Shown in pieces: positions 24,062 to 36,152 of a DNA stretch of 64,000 bases. The translations under genes were made by a program, and so were the position numbers. The notes under the pieces were generated by a model. The model ran no database searches. It worked only from the letters and a program-made list of their open reading frames with translations, and was not told the origin of the DNA. The DNA comes from Takakia lepidozioides (Eukaryota > Plantae > Bryophyta), in assembly GCA_030704615.1 (NCBI GenBank), contig CM060733.1, forward strand, positions 2,356,001 to 2,420,000, written 5' to 3'. Position 1 is the stretch's first letter, and every line of letters begins with the position of its first letter.

Positions 24062-24983
24062 GGTACGTGGATCCCACTCTTCTCTTGTTTGTTCATAATT
24101 TGATTTTCCAATTCTTTTGCAGCTGCATTTGCACTCTTACCTCAACATATCCATATGCAAAACTTCCACTTTGGGCCTAACATTTGTCATTTCCATCGCC
24201 TCTCCCCAGTTACGTTCAAGGAACGAATTCTAAAAGAGGAACAAGAGTTGCGTGATTGGGAAGAATGGCGGGCGTGCCGGGAGGCTTCAAGGGCATCAAG
24301 TAGAGTTGGCAGTAACATTTCAGATGACAATGTCAGCCGGTTTCACCTTCCTGAAAGTATCTCTGTGTCTTCTGGAGCGGAGACCGTTGCAAGTGGCTGT
24401 GGTAACCAGAGGCGTCTTTGGACACATGCCTTGACTGCGAGCCGTTTGGGAGGAGACTCAGTATTATTAATGAGTTAGTATAAGCCGTAACGGTTCTATG
24501 CCTTCAGAATCTATGGCTTGTATGGCATTAAGTCCATGAACGGATGGACAGTTGACGTTCATTTTTCTGTTGGTCCATCGCCTTCAATGATATAATCTCA
24601 AATAAAATATGAATGTTTCATATCATCAATCAGGTCCCGACAGACTCGTTTTTCCATGTTGTCCTCTTCATCACATGCCATCATTGTTTCATATTTGGTT
24701 CTGCCATTATTCCATGTTTGTTTTTGTATGTCACTTTGGATATCGGAGCTCTCATCATTGTTTGATTCATTGCATCCTCCCATTCCTTTTAATGAACGTC
24801 AACTTGGCAGTGGATATTCATCTAAGACCACAATACATACTTGTATTTTTGCGTAGAATGTGTGGAGGATTACATAATTTGTTGTTATATAGTGCACAAA
24901 TAGTCAAATAATTATAGATATATCTCTTTATTTCTATTATAGATTATAATTATTCATATATCTTGTATTATTTTTGGACGAAA

Positions 24984-25009
24984 CAAAAGTCCAGAATTAG
25001 TTAAAATAG
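24984..25009 (-). repeat. Right terminal inverted repeat
   Basis: CAAAAGTCCAGAATTAGTTAAAATAG. Confidence 0.92.
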
Positions 25010-25014
25010 AGTTT

Positions 25015-25187
25015 TAGTGATCCACTGGATCATCAACCAACCCAAGATCTCGCAACGTCAGGGCACTCTGAATTTCTGAGACATCGTCTAGGGCAATGGC
25101 TGAAAGACGAGCTATTACCTGGCCCTTGCGAATGCGAATGGGAATTCGTTCTGGATTAGCAACCAGCAAGAAGATGACCCTAGCGAT
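25015..25187 (-). pseudogene. Outer gypsy pol piece (dUTPase-like/linker region)
   Basis: Minus strand reads IFLLVANPERIPIRIRKGQVIARL, continuing the dUTPase-like segment broken at ~36152 and leading into the RT at ~6130. Confidence 0.7.
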
Positions 25188-25230
25188 TAATATAACTGAT
25201 ACCCATGTAACTTAAATGAAACTGAAGCAT

Positions 25231-25916
25231 GTACCGCCGCTACTGTCGGTTCCTCAACGTTCTGGGCGGCCCAACTTGTCGGCACCAGAGGTGCTTTTCC
25301 ATAGACCAATACGAAAAGGAAAACTCCCGTTGCGGAGTGTTCTGTGTTATTATAACAGAACTCTACCGCGTCTAAGTGTTCCACCCAGTCTGATTGGTCT
25401 GCCGACACGTAATTCCGCAAGATCTGCTTCACTACGGAATTCACTCTTTCCGTTTGGCCGTCGGTCGTAGGTCGGAAGGCGGTGCTCATCTTCAGCCTCG
25501 TCCCCATCTTCTTCCAAAGTGTCCTCCAAAATTTACTCGTAAACTTTGGATCGCGGTCCGAGACAATATCCTTCGGGACTCCATGATGTTTTAAGACGTG
25601 GGCGAAGTAAAGTCACCTTGTCTCTTGCGCCGTTGCCGTCTCCTTGGTGGGGATGAAATGGCCCATTTTACTGAACCTATCCACCACCACCATGATTGCA
25701 TCGAATCCTTTTGATAGCGGCATAGCAGCCATGAAATCCATCGAGACGCTTTCCCAAGTCCCCTCTGGAATCGGCAAGGGTTGCAACAGCCCCGCTTGCT
25801 TTTTGTACTCGCTCCGGTTTTGTTGGCATGTGGTGCATGTCTTGACATACTTCTCTGCCTCCTCCCTCAGTTTGGGCCAGAAATACTCTTTCTTCAAGAG
25901 TGCCGCAGTGCGCTTG
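25231..25916 (-). pseudogene. Chromovirus integrase fragment (left half of the target copy)
   Basis: Inverted near-copy of ~30017-30699. Confidence 0.92.
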
Positions 25917-26640
25917 TGTCGCGGCCCTTTGCCTTGAGGGCAGGGGGTCGGGACACATGAGGGGCTGCCCTTGTGGTGGGGGCAGCGGCAGCGATAGGTA
26001 TGGGGGGCTGAAGCACCCTTGAGTGCCCAAGGCACTCAAGGAGGCGGAGGCGCTCACTAGGTGGAGCCCCGCACACCGGGTTGCGGTGGAGGTGGCTCCA
26101 CAAGGGGTGGTGGTAGCTTAGTGGGACTTAGTGGGGGTGGCATAGGACTCACCATGGGGTGGAGACCTCGAAGTGGGAGTCGTGGGGAGTCTTGGGACTC
26201 ATCACGGTCCATTGGGGCCGCGGTGAGTGGGCCAAGACTCACCGCGACTCACCACCGGGAGTCGAGGGTTTTCGTGGTGGTTCGCCATAAAATGGCATGG
26301 CTGGTTATGAAACCCCCGCGGACAGCTACAGAAGTATATATAGGGAGTAGTAACCCCGAGAACGGTGCAAGCCCGTTGGTGACCAAAAACTAGTGAGTAA
26401 GCGAGCGAGCCGGAAAGCGACCAAAGAGTGGGGAGCTGTTCCGGACTGCCATCTACCAAAGGGAATTCTCCTAGTCCCAAATAGGTGGAGGGTTTAGAGG
26501 GAAGCGGAAGGGGACCGTTATGTCCCGGTGAGCAGCCGAAACTCCAAGTTGGCCCGGCGGCCAGGTTGGGAGTCAGGCGCGCGCATCAAAGCGAGTAACT
26601 ATGACTTGAAGGGGAGTTTACCGAATTGAGGTGTGCGACA
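25917..26640 (+). repeat. Chromovirus 5' LTR (724 bp)
   Basis: Direct repeat of 32162-32884. Confidence 0.97.
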
Positions 26641-26642
26641 TT

Positions 26643-26654
26643 TGGTATCAGAGC
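26643..26654 (+). promoter_or_regulatory. Primer-binding site (tRNA-iMet)
   Basis: TGGTATCAGAGC two bases after the 5' LTR. Confidence 0.92.
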
Positions 26655-26695
26655 TTAGAGTTCAGTACGCGATCGTCCTTGGGATTGGCCTCATC

Positions 26696-29600
26696 ATGGG
26701 GTCGGGCAAGCCGAAGCGAAAGCGGAACGGCCCAAAAGATGATGATCCCGGTGAGCCCGATGGGGGCGACGTGTCACCGAGGCGGCCGTTTGAGGAAGCG
26801 ATTAATGTTTCCGAAAACGAGGCCGCTCAGGAGCGGGAGGAATCCGAGGAGTCGGAGCCCGAGGAATCTTTGAGAGCTCCGACAAACCAAGAGATGCCTC
26901 CCATGCCGGCAGCCTTTTGGGAAGGGTTGTTGGCGCAGTTTGGCGGGACGTTGAAAGACGTGTTGAAGGCGGCTAATGCCACTTCCACCAAGGCAAAGTT
27001 TAAGGTGAAGCCTAAGGAACCCGGCACCTTCGAGGGCGTTCGAAACCGGAAGGCACTCAACACCTGGCTCCTGGAGCTAGAGCAGTACTTCCGGGCGGCC
27101 AAGTTGAGTGACGAGGATCGGGTGGAAGTGGCTCCCACCTATTTGAGGGGCTATGCTCAACAATGGTGGCAGAAACGCCTTCACGACCGAGGCCCAAGCC
27201 CGGAAACCTTGAACTGGAGTGAGTTCAAGGAATTGATGAAGAGACAGTTTGTGCCCCTCAACGCATCCTGGCTTGCCCGGGACAAGATGAGGAATTTGAA
27301 GCAAACAGATGACATTCGGGGGTATGTCCAGGCTTTCAATGTGCTGTTGCTCGAAGTCGCGGACATGGCAGAACCAGAAATGGTCTTCAACTTTGTGGCG
27401 GGACTGGCCCCATGGGCTAGGCGGAAGTTGGAGGAGAAGCCACCCAAGACTTTGAACGAGGCAATTGAGAGAGCTGAATGTTTCTCGGATGTCCCTAGGG
27501 GTGAGAGACAAGGCCGTACGGAGCTGAACCACAAGAAGACCCGGCGGGAAGGTGACTCCTCCCGACCGGAAAAGAAGTGGGATAGGCCACGCGGCGAAAA
27601 TGGCACGTGGAAATCGAAGGGAGGTCCTTCACACGTCAAGGCGGCACCCGGTGCTTCGAAAGGAAAAGCGGGTGGAGCGACTTATGGCGGACAGAAGGCG
27701 ACCTTTGATGGAGTGTGTTTCAATTGCGGGGAGCCCGGGCACATGGCCAAGAAGTGCACGAAGCCCCGACAATTGAACATGACTCGGGCGACCACGGAGC
27801 TGTCGGAAGATACCATCAGTCGCTTGGTGGAAGCGGTGGTCGCCAGGACTTGCAAGGTAGGCAAATTTTCTTGTGAGTTGTATCAGGAAACTGGCGCCTT
27901 ACGAAAAGGGAGTCAGTTATTGTTCGTGGATGGGATAATATCCGGAACTAATGTGTCGTTGTTGGTGGACACAGGAGCGTCGCACTCCTTCATGACGCCG
28001 GCGGCGGCGCGAAAGTTGGGACTCCCGACAAGTGACGTGGGGGCCTCTATTGAGGTGCGCTCTGCCAAAGGAGAACCTCAGTTGGCGACAAGGTTGGCGT
28101 TTGATGTTCCTCTTCAACTGGGGAGTTGGGAGGGACGTGAGAACTTCACTATCTGCGAGATCGATGGAGTGGATCTCATTTTGGGAATGACCTTTTTGAG
28201 CAAATCCGGAGCGGTCATAGATGGCCGCAAGAGAGTAGTCACGCTGCCATGTGGGAATGGTGGCGAGGTTTTACGAGTGTCGGAAACGCCCAAATCCGTG
28301 GGAGGGCGAATAAACCTTCTATCAGCAAAGGAGTGGGCCGTGGAGGAGACACACGAGTCCCAGTTTTTGCTTTACATTAGAGAAGTGAAAGGAGAAGGCG
28401 ATGGGGAGCCGAGCCCAGATTGGATCAAGGGGATTTTGGAGAAATACCAGGATGTGATGCCGGAGGATTTACCAAGCGGCTTGCCACCGCGAAGAGGAGT
28501 TGACCACAAAATTGAGGTGATACCGGGATCGGAACCGCCTGCCAAGGCGCCCTACCGGTTGAGCCACAAAGAGTTGGTCGAGCTGAAGACTCAGCTCAAA
28601 GATCTAATGTCAAAGGGGTACATCCGGCCGAGTAAGTCACCTTACGGAGCCCCGGTGCTATTTGCAGACAAGAAGGATGGGACGCTGCGGATGTGTGTCG
28701 ATTACAGGGCTCTGAATAAGGTGACTATCAAAAACCGGTACCCTTTGCCAAGGATCGACGACCTCTTCGATCGGTTGGCAGGAGCGAAGTATTTCAGCCG
28801 GATCGACTTGCGCTCCGGCTATCACCAAATTCGGGTGGCGGAAGGAGATGAGGAGAAGACCGCGTGCAGGACAAGGTATGGTTCATATGAGTTCTTGGTG
28901 ATGCCTTTTGGGCTCACCAATGCACCAGCGACATTTAGCACGCTGATGAACAGCCTTTTCCAGGAGTGGTTGGATGACTTTGTGATCGTGTACATCGACG
29001 ACATCTTGGTGTACTCGAAAACAAAGGAGGAGCACCTGGAGCACCTCAAAAGGGTGTTCCAAAAATTGCGAGAAGGGAAGCTGTATGCCAAAGCTTCAAA
29101 GTGCGAATTCGGGGTCACAAAAGTGGAGTTCTTGGGGCACGTGATTACACAGGATGGGATCAAAATGGATGACAGAAAGGTGAGGGCGATCTTGGACTGG
29201 GAGCCTCCGACTTCGGTCCCGGGAGTGCGATCCTTCCTAGGACTCGCCTCCTATTACCGGAAGTATGTGAGAAATTTCGCCAAGATCGCGGGGCCGCTGT
29301 CGGACCTTCTGTGTAAATCCAAAGTCTGGGTATGGAACACATTTTGTGGCCAAGCTTTTGCTGAATTGAAGCAGCGGATGACGGAAGCTCCAGTCTTAAA
29401 AATCCCGGAGTTCGATCGTCCGTTTGAGATTCATACAGATGCATCGGACTTCGCAATTGGGGGTGTACTTATGCAAGATGGACGTCCAGTGGCTTACGAA
29501 AGTAAGAAACTGAATGAAGTGGAGCGACGGTGGCCGACGCACGAAAAAGAGATGAAGGCGGTGGTACATTGCCTTGAACTCTGGCGCCACTATGTTGGTT

Positions 29601-31256
29601 CCAACCCAGTGAAGGTGTTCACGGACAATGTCACGGTGAAGTATTTTGCCACGCAGCCCAAGTTGTCCCCAAAACAACTTAGGTGGCAAGATACTTTGGC
29701 AGTGTTCGACGTGGATATCCAGTACAAACCGGGACGGGACAATGTGGTGGCCGATGCTTTAAGTAGAAAGCAGCAGCTCTTGTTGGTGTACAAGGGCGAG
29801 ACGGCGCTCCAAAGGAAGATCCGGAAGGCTTGCCGGAAGGATGAGCTGGCAAAGTGCGTGATGCAGAACTTGAGAATGGGGGTTAAATCGCAGTTCCACT
29901 TGCAAAACGGACTGCTCCGGTATAAGCAAAAACGTCTCTATGTGCCAAAGGGGGGGATCAGGGATAGTCTCTTGAGAGAATGCCATGATAGCCCGCTTGC
30001 GGGCCACGGTGGAGCCAAGCGCACTGCGGCACTCTTGAAGAAAGAGTATTTCTGGCCCAAACTGAGGGAGGAGGCAGAGGAGTATGTAAAGACATGCACC
30101 ACATGCCAACAAAACCGGAGCGAGTATAAAAAGCAAGCGGGGCTGTTACAACCCTTGCGATTCCAGAGGGGACTTGGGAAAGCGTCTCGATGGATTTCAT
30201 GACTGCTATGCGCTGTCAAAAGGATTCGATGCAATCATGGTGGTGGTAGATAGGTTCAGTAAAATGGCCCATTTCATCCCCACCAAGGAGACGGCAACTG
30301 CGCAGGAGACAGGGCGACTTTACTTCGCCCACGTCTTAAAGCATCATGGAGTCCCGAAGGATATTGTCTCGGACCGCGACCCAAAGTTTACGAGTAAATT
30401 CTGGAGAGCACTTTGGAAGAAGATGGGGACGAGGCTGAAGATGAGCACCGCCTTCCGACCTACGACGGACGGCCAAACGGAAAGAGTGAATTCCGTAGTG
30501 AAGCAATTCTTGCGGAATTACGTGTCGGCAGACCAATCAGACTGGATGGAACACTTAGACGCGGCAGAGTTCTGTTATAATAACACAGAACACTCCGCGA
30601 CGGGAGTTTCCCCTTTTGTGTTGGTCTATGGAAAAGCACCTCTGGTGCCGACAAGTTGGGCCGCCCAGGACGTTGAGGAACCGGCAGTAGCGGCGGTACT
30701 GGAAGAACGCGAGCGTTTGTTGAAGCTCGCAAAGTACAACATTGCCAAAGCTAGGAAACGGTATGAAAGGCAGGCGAATCGGAAGCGGAGGGAAGTGAAG
30801 TTTGAGGCAGGCACAGAGGTCTGGTTGAACATCAAGAATTTTCGACTACCTCCGGAAATGAGTCCGAAGTTCGTACCTCCGTATGCGGGTCCCTTTCGCA
30901 TTCGGAGGGTTATGAATGAGGATGTGTATGAATTGGAGCTGCCAGCAAACAGCAAGGTGCACCCAGTATTCCATGTCTCCCTTTTGAAGCCTTACTTCAA
31001 AGATGAAGCACGTCCGAATCGGCAGCAAGTGTTGCGTCCGCTACCTATGCTGTTGGATCATGAAAATGAACCCGAGTACGAGGTGGAGGCAATACTTAAG
31101 TCGAGGAGGTTCAAGAACCGAGAAACGGAGTATCTCGTCAAATGGAAGGGCTATCATCTTGTGGAGGCATCTTGGGTGCGTGCCTCAGAAATGGGAAACG
31201 CATCCGAGGCAGTTGCAGCGTTCGAAGGGCGACCTCAAAAGCGGAAGAAGCGTTGA
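26696..31256 (+). CDS. gag-pol: Gag-Pol polyprotein (gag, CCHC, protease, RT, RNase H, integrase, chromodomain); frameshifted near 30158-30211
   Basis: [33 protein letters not shown] and DDE integrase, [20 protein letters not shown] chromodomain. Confidence 0.95.
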
Positions 31257-32161
31257 TGGGGACATCAACCTTGGAGCGTGGGGGAGGAAATGCATGCTTA
31301 GCCCGGTTTAGCTAGCTCAGGAATCCGATTGCAAAAACTTGTATTGTACAAAAATTTGTGATAAAGGAAATGGGTTCCAAATATTGTGCGTCCTATTGTG
31401 TTTGGAATGGTGATGCATGGTATGGTTGGCTAGTGTGTAGAATGCATGCTAGCTTATAAAAGTGGGAGAGGTAAATTGGGTTAATCGTGTGTTTGCGCAG
31501 TGCCGAAATCGGGTGACTCCCATCCAAGGGGCAAGGAAACTTGCGCCTTATTTGGGAGTTCAAGTGCTAGTGCGCACCTGGCGCGTGCGCGTACTATAAC
31601 TGCACTACCGAGGGGGTTGCCTTGTAGTGCGGGCTAACGCGGAAGCTACGTGCTTCCGTTCACGTACTATAATCGTGTAGCCTCGGGACGAAGTCGTAGT
31701 GCGGCTTCGGCGTGTTCCCGTACCTCAGGCCAGCATTCCAAGGCGGACCCAATTGTAGTGATTGGGGCGCACGGTTGGTTCAAGGTTATCTTCCTAGTCA
31801 AAGAGGGTTCCAGGTGAACCCTTGCTCAAGGTGATGCCAAAAGCGGCATCATGAGCGATCGCAAGCAATGTTGTTGCAGTAAGGCGATTCGATCCTCGGG
31901 AGGATCGTTCCTTGGCCTTGAAGTAGGCCAAGAAGAGTGCACTGGGAGGAGCTGGAGAGGCTCCACCCTTGGCCGGGACTTGGAGGAAGTCGGCCGAACT
32001 AGCTAGTGGAGAGTGGAGTCAAGTGTGGGGTTTGGTTCTTTGCCATGGGACGCCATGGTACGGAAACAAACTCCTTGATGTGGGACGCCACAACTTGGAT
32101 GTTCGTTTCTACAAAATGGACAAGTCGATGAGGACATCGACTCCCTGTTGGTAGGGGTGTG

Positions 32162-32884
32162 TGTCGCGGCCCTTTGCCTTGAGGGCAGGGGGTCGGGACA
32201 CATGAGGGGCTGCCCCTGTGGTGGGGGCAGCGGCAGCGATAGGTATGGGGGCTGAAGCACCCTTGAGTGCCCAAGGCACTCAAGGAGGCGGAGGCGCTCA
32301 CTAGGTGGAGCCCCGCACACCGGGTTGCGGTGGAGGTGGCTCCACAAGGGGTGGTGGTAGCTTAGTGGGACTTAGTGGGGGTGGCATAGGACTCACCATG
32401 GGGTGGAGACCTCGAAGTGGGAGTCGTGGGGAGTCTTGGGACTCATCACGGTCCATTGGGGCCGCGGTGAGTGGGCCAAGACTCACCGCGACTCACCACC
32501 GGGAGTCGAGGGTTTTCGTGGTGGTTCGCCATAAAATGGCATGGCTGGTTATGAAACCCCCGCGGACAGCTACAGAAGTATATATAGGGAGTAGTAACCC
32601 CGAGAACGGTGCAAGCCCGTTGGTGACCAAAAACTAGTGAGTAAGCGAGCGAGCCGGAAAGCGACCAAAGAGTGGGGAGCTGTTCCGGACTGCCATCTAC
32701 CAAAGGGAATTCTCCTAGTCCCAAATAGGTGGAGGGTTTAGAGGGAAGCGGAAGGGGACCGTTATGTCCCGGTGAGCAGCCGAAACTCCAAGTTGGCCCG
32801 GCGGCCAGGTTGGGAGTCAGGCGCGCGCATCAAAGCGAGTAACTATGACTTGAAGGGGAGTTTACCGAATTGAGGTGTGCGACA
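32162..32884 (+). repeat. Chromovirus 3' LTR (723 bp)
   Basis: Differs from the 5' LTR, by eye, at one substitution and one G-run indel. Confidence 0.97.
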
Positions 32885-33355
32885 GCTTGGCTCCGCCGTG
32901 GCCCGCAAGCGGGCTATCATGGCATTCTCTCAAGAGACTATCTCTGCTCCCTCCCTTCAGCACGTAGAGACGCTTTTGCTTATACCGGAGCAGTCCATTT
33001 TGCAAGTGGAATTGCGATTTAACCCCCCTCCTCAAGTCCTGCATCACGGACTTCGCCAGCTCATCCTTCTGGTAAGCCTTCCGGATCTTCCTTTGGAGCG
33101 CCGTCTCGCCCCTGTACACCAACAAGAGCTGCTGCTTTCTACTTAAAGCATCGGCCACCACATTGTCACGTCCCGGTTGGTAATGGATATCCACGTCAAA
33201 CACCGCCAAAGTATCTTGCCACCTAAGTTGTTTTGGGGACAACTTGGGCTGCGTGGCAAAATACTTCACCGTAACATTGTCCGTGAGCACCTTCACTGGG
33301 TTGGAACCAACATAGTGGCGCCAAAGCTCAAGACAGTGCACCACCGCCTTCATCT
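32885..33355 (-). pseudogene. Chromovirus RNase H/integrase-ZF fragment (right half of the target copy)
   Basis: [14 protein letters not shown]...[12 protein letters not shown], inverted near-copy of ~29550-30021; joins 25916 across the GCTTG TSD. Confidence 0.92.
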
Positions 33356-33426
33356 AAAACCTCTATCTAAAACACCAGAAGCGACCAGGCAATGCTTCTG
33401 CAACATAAGCTTCTTCCGAGGGCAGC

Positions 33427-36152
33427 AAAGCCGTGAGCAGAACCCGTGAGCAGATTCCCCGAAGCGTGAACAGATTAAAAGCGTAAGCAGATTTCTTATG
33501 CGGACCCCAAAACCATGGGAACAAGTGGGCCTATTGCCGTGGACGCCAACTTCACTACAACGACGCAATCTCCGCTCCATCGGACCGAAGACAGACAGAC
33601 TCCATGACGACAAAGTGGCACGAATGCACGATGAAACATTCACGGATGAATGGATTTGGGATGGACGTAAAAGTGAAATGGATGAACGGTGGATGAAGCA
33701 GGATGAAAAGTTGTCCAGATGAGGGGACTATGGACGACTGTATGAGCATGTATCGTGAGGGATTAGCAAGCGCAGGGACCAGGCATTAAGGTGTCGTCAA
33801 CGACATCTTAAATCGCATGCTCAGCGTGAGAAATGAACCCATGAAAATCGTTGCAAGAAAAAAAATCTTGCCTGGAAAAAACCATAGGGGGGAGTTGTAA
33901 TCCTGCTCAGGGAAGTGCGAACTAAGATGTCGTCAACGACATCTTAATCCACTGCCCTGTTTGGACATGGGAATTTCACCAAACAGGATAAAACACAATA
34001 TATATATATATATATATAAGCCCAAAATGGAGAAAGGTTTGGGTTTACTAGAACAAAGTGGATCCCTGAAGAGTGACTGGTCTCATTTGCAAGAGAGTAG
34101 CTACCGTATGAGCAGTTCACGTGAGCATGCTCACGCTTTAAGTGGTAAACGTGAGCAGAATCCCTTAAGCGTGAGCAGATTAGTGAATGGGAGCCTACAA
34201 CCGAGGGAAGAAGATGGCATATTGCCTTGGACAAAAACTACACTGTACGGACACAATCTCCACCCCATCCAACGGAAGAATCCTTCATGGGTGACGACCA
34301 TATGGTACGAATGTGCAATGAAAAGCTGTCGGATGAATGGTTTTGAGATGAATGAAAAAATGAATGGATGAATGTTGGATGACTTTGGATGAAAAATGAG
34401 CGACATGAATGAACCATGGTGCGTGTGCAGGTGCTCGGGATTAAGGTGTCGTCAACGACATCTTAATTCCCAGTACGAGTTGGCACATGACAGCTTACGG
34501 AAAAACCAAAATCCCTGAATTGTTTTTCCCAAAAACTTTAACCAAAAATATTTCAACCCAAAAAACTTTCAAGGCGAAGAAGCCTTGGCGGTAAGGCGGT
34601 GTGCAAGTGGTGGGGATTAAGGTGTCGTCAACGACATCTTAATTCCCAGTACGAGTTGGCATATGACAATTCATGGAAAAATCAAAAACCCCAAAAAAAT
34701 TCACCCGAAAAAATCTGATGACGAACAAGCCTTGGCGGTAAGGCAGTGTGTGTGCAGGTGCTGGGGATTAAGGTGTCATCAACGACATCTTAATTCCCAG
34801 TACGTGTTTTGAAATGTTTATTTATAAAGCATGAGTTCACCTCTCTGCCTTCTTTAGATTTGGGTGTGAGCATTTCTCTCAACCTTGGATACCGTTTGAT
34901 TCAAGGTGGCCTCAACTCTGCACCTCTGCTTTCAATTTCAATGTAGTCTTGTGTTGTTCTGTGTTGTGCCATTCTCTTGTTTGATTGCTATTTGAGAGAT
35001 GGAATTAAGGTGTCGTTGACGATACCTTAAATCCATGCCCTCTTGGGATGAGTTTGCCATGAATGAGGATCTTACATGGTCAGATTTTTTTGAAAGTTGC
35101 CAACATCAGTTATGGAGTCCTGCCTCTTAGTGCCTGGATTAAGATGTCGCTGACGACACCTTAATCCTGAGAGTGAATTGCAGCCATTTTGGGATCTTTT
35201 GGGATGGAGTGGGACGAGCAGCTCTACTATCAAGTCATCGCACCTCTATTTGGGGGTTCATCGCATTCGACCCAGACTGAGAACATTGTTATGGAGCAGG
35301 ATCTGCAAAAGCCCAATGCTCTGGATGTTGATTCTGATTTCTCATGTGAGTAAGTGTTAGTTCAGTTGTGACACTTCACTGACACGACGGCGCATCCTTC
35401 TATTTCCATCTTTCCTGCACAAGTTGGGCGAGCAGAATGTATGTGAACTTACATTGTTTGTGTGTGTGTACAGGAGCCCAAGGTCGCCATGGTTCCTCCC
35501 TTTCTTTGCAAACCCGCAATTTTTCCCAAGTCCGAAAGCAGATTTTAAATTGTCATGTTATGCGGAGGCTGCAACTTCGGAATTTAGTCTCCTCTCTTCT
35601 TCCCCTACTGTGCTTTTAAACAGAGAGGGTTTTGTGCAAAGCAGGGCTAGTGTCTTCATAGACAGTTCTGCCTTCATTTTGGACGCCGACTCCAGTAGCA
35701 TAGAATATTCTTCGTCGGAATGAATCTGTAGTATTTAAACTATTTAGTTTGAAGCACCAAATGGCCTCTCCACCTTCTTTGCAATTGTGTGTCAGCAACT
35801 ATGTCGACTTCTGATACCTAGTGAAAGGACAATCACAACCCTCACCAGTGGGTCGAGGTTCACTCTAGAGCTAGGTGGATTTAGCAACCACTACTCAAAA
35901 ATGCATCTTAGTTTTGCATTCATCCACAAACTACATTCATCCATGTGCCATTCGTCGAACATACATTCATCCCCCATTCATCCATCATTCATCCATAACG
36001 ATGAATGAAGTATGCATGATATACTAGACACAACCCGCAGTAACAGGTCTTCTAGGCCGAATAGGTGTCCGCGGTTATAGGTGAGCACATGCAGAAGCGT
36101 GAGCAGAATTCTGCTCACGGAATTTTCTGCTCACGGATTCTGCTCACGGTTT
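33427..36152. mobile_element. Non-coding repeat-rich element (putative non-autonomous DNA transposon)
   Basis: Ends carry inverted CCGTGAGCAGAA repeats (33431-33454 vs 36120-36149); seven internal 26-bp palindromes; internal duplications; no convincing ORF. Confidence 0.55.
33786..35164. repeat. Palindrome family TTAAGGTGTCGT-CA-ACGACATCTTAA (7 copies)
   Basis: Copies at 33786, 33922, 34441, 34617, 34768, and reversed at 35005 and 35139. Confidence 0.92.

Larger units (their letters stand above)
14691..24478 (+). pseudogene. Multi-exon transposon cargo gene(s): CTD-like repeats, ParB-like domain, MTase-like fold, acidic/SP-rich linker, three FCP1/NIF-like HAD phosphatase domains
   Basis: Chain of plus-strand ORFs separated by GT..AG introns (e.g. 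16565-16700, ~16953-17056, ~18712-18801, ~20811-20984); premature stops at 16487 and 17867. Could be one gene or more. Confidence 0.7.
6364..24818. repeat. Dispersed 24-bp palindrome family AACCTCCACTG-NN-CAGTGGAGGTT (~14 copies)
   Basis: Copies start at 6364 (degenerate), 8004, 10105, 11509, 11776, 14412, 14614, 15464, 16604, 19857, 20891, 21957, 23116 and 24795 (degenerate); partial copies near 11914 and 24539. Confidence 0.92.
6133..25014 (-). mobile_element. Giant (~18.9 kb) cut-and-paste DNA transposon, Sola1-like, with a cargo gene
   Basis: Perfect 26-bp inverted repeats (6139-6164 and 24984-25009) extending imperfectly outward; both flanks are contiguous outer-gypsy pol; contains a DDD-type transposase. 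The exact TSD is unresolved (TA, or imperfect TAAG/TTAG). Confidence 0.85.
25917..32884 (+). mobile_element. Full-length, recent Ty3/gypsy chromovirus
   Basis: LTRs 25917-26640 and 32162-32884 (TGTCGC...GCGACA), nearly identical; 5-bp TSD GCTTG; PBS TGGTATCAGAGC; purine tract before the 3' LTR. Confidence 0.97.

Noticed and set aside
6364-24818. Palindrome series as a CRISPR array
   Set aside because: Spacing is irregular (0.2-3 kb), the intervals are exons, there are no cas genes, and the context is eukaryotic.
26057-26480. Gly/Pro-rich ORFs, duplicated at 32301-32724
   Set aside because: They lie within the LTRs; spurious frames in G-rich sequence.
31257-31300. Purine tract GGGGGAGGAAA as the PPT/3' LTR start
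   Set aside because: The TSD-defined 3' LTR begins at 32162; 31257-32161 is internal 3' non-coding sequence.
33786-35164. 26-bp repeats as a CRISPR array
   Set aside because: Intervals are 130-500 bp, partly homologous to each other, and the orientation flips.
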